From positions 1 to 64,000 of the forward strand of contig RBNJ01000011.1 of assembly GCA_003990765.1 (NCBI GenBank): a DNA stretch of 64,000 nt, read 5' to 3'. The DNA is from Jimgerdemannia flammicorona. Its lineage: Eukaryota. Below are positions 63,201 through 64,000 of this stretch, one piece after another. Within the stretch, counting starts at the first letter, position 1. Every line of letters begins with the position of its first letter. The notes under the pieces are model-generated. The model was not told where the DNA came from and ran no database searches. It worked only from the letters and a program-made list of their open reading frames with translations. Made by a program: the position numbers and the translations under genes.

Positions 63201-64000
63201 TTATAGACATACTAAGGCATCCAGAACAGTTGTAGCAGTTCAGTATAGTAGAGGCTAAAGTTATACACACCACCTTTATCTTTTCTATAGCCTTTGCAGA
63301 TATGGCAGTCAAGAGTTGGATATTGAAGATACTCTTTTTCAGCTAAGTGGAATCAGTAGCAGTAGAAGCAAATGTACATTTGGTACCTAGAGTAACAATC
63401 TCAAAATACTTCCCAAGCTTTCAACTAGGACTTTATGGGTAATAGTGGTAATCTCTTTTTGAAGAGATGAAGATGTAGAGACTGTTGAGTAGACTACAGC
63501 AGTAGCAGCTTTAGCAGTAGTGATAGTAGCAAGATAGTGAGATTGATACATAATAATATCAAAATTATGAAACAGAAACAAGTTTGTCTTGATTCAGTCA
63601 GTGGCAGTGAGGGTGATAATATTCTTACTAGCCTTTTGGGCAGTATTAGTAGGAAGCCCAAAAAAGGTGAGTGCTTCTAAGATACTTCTATGACTTTGTC
63701 AATTTTAGCATACTGGTCCTTAGCATGCTGAGCAGTAGTATTATTATCAGTTGTGGCAGTCTTGATTGTAGCTTTGGCATGGCACTTGATTTCTATAGAT
63801 GCAGTAGTAAGGGTGGCATCATACTATTTCTCTGGAAGGAGGGCAATTATAGTAGCAATCTTCTTAGAAGGGGTAAACTTTCAATTAGCAAGTTGGGCCT
63901 ACAGAAAGTCAGCATGGTACTCATATGTGATAGTCACTTTAAGGGCATGAAGTACTCTAGTATAAGTAGCATAGAAGATAGTGGGGACCTCAATGGAAGA
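60209..64000 (-). mobile_element. Third, heavily decayed copy of the Penelope-like element (runs off the window)
   Basis: Colinear with 43339-47130 (pLTR, RT, ORF1), e.g. IDNIKESVRLDLL..LEFCI and KLPVFYTLPKVYK, with pervasive C>T/G>A changes. Confidence 0.9.

Overview
This is a eukaryotic, probably fungal (inference), transposable-element graveyard with no recognisable host gene. It holds three full-length copies and one LTR end of a Ty3/Gypsy family ('A'). Family A has ~466-bp LTRs and 4-bp TSDs, a single gag-PR-dUTPase-RT-RNaseH frame, integrase in a separate overlapping ORF, and an extra 153-aa ORF before the PPT. Older relics include Gypsy elements with a tRNA-Pro-type PBS (family 'B', which shows the same split-integrase and extra-ORF layout) and a heavily decayed Ty1/Copia. 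Non-LTR elements are a full-length L1/Tx1-like element and two copies of a ~1.17-kb poly(A)-tailed non-autonomous retroposon. A 9-kb head-to-head inverted dimer of an endonuclease-less, two-ORF Penelope-like element sits inside a hAT-type MITE without a TSD, and a third decayed copy lies at the window end. All elements show a gradient of C>T/G>A decay, first at CpG and then at CpA. The most notable signals are (1) the polycistronic Gypsy architecture with overlapping stop/start junctions and a conserved accessory ORF, and (2) the palindromic EN-less PLE with a candidate -1 frameshift and a structure resembling a double-strand break patched from both ends. All calls are from reading motifs by eye; no database searches were run.
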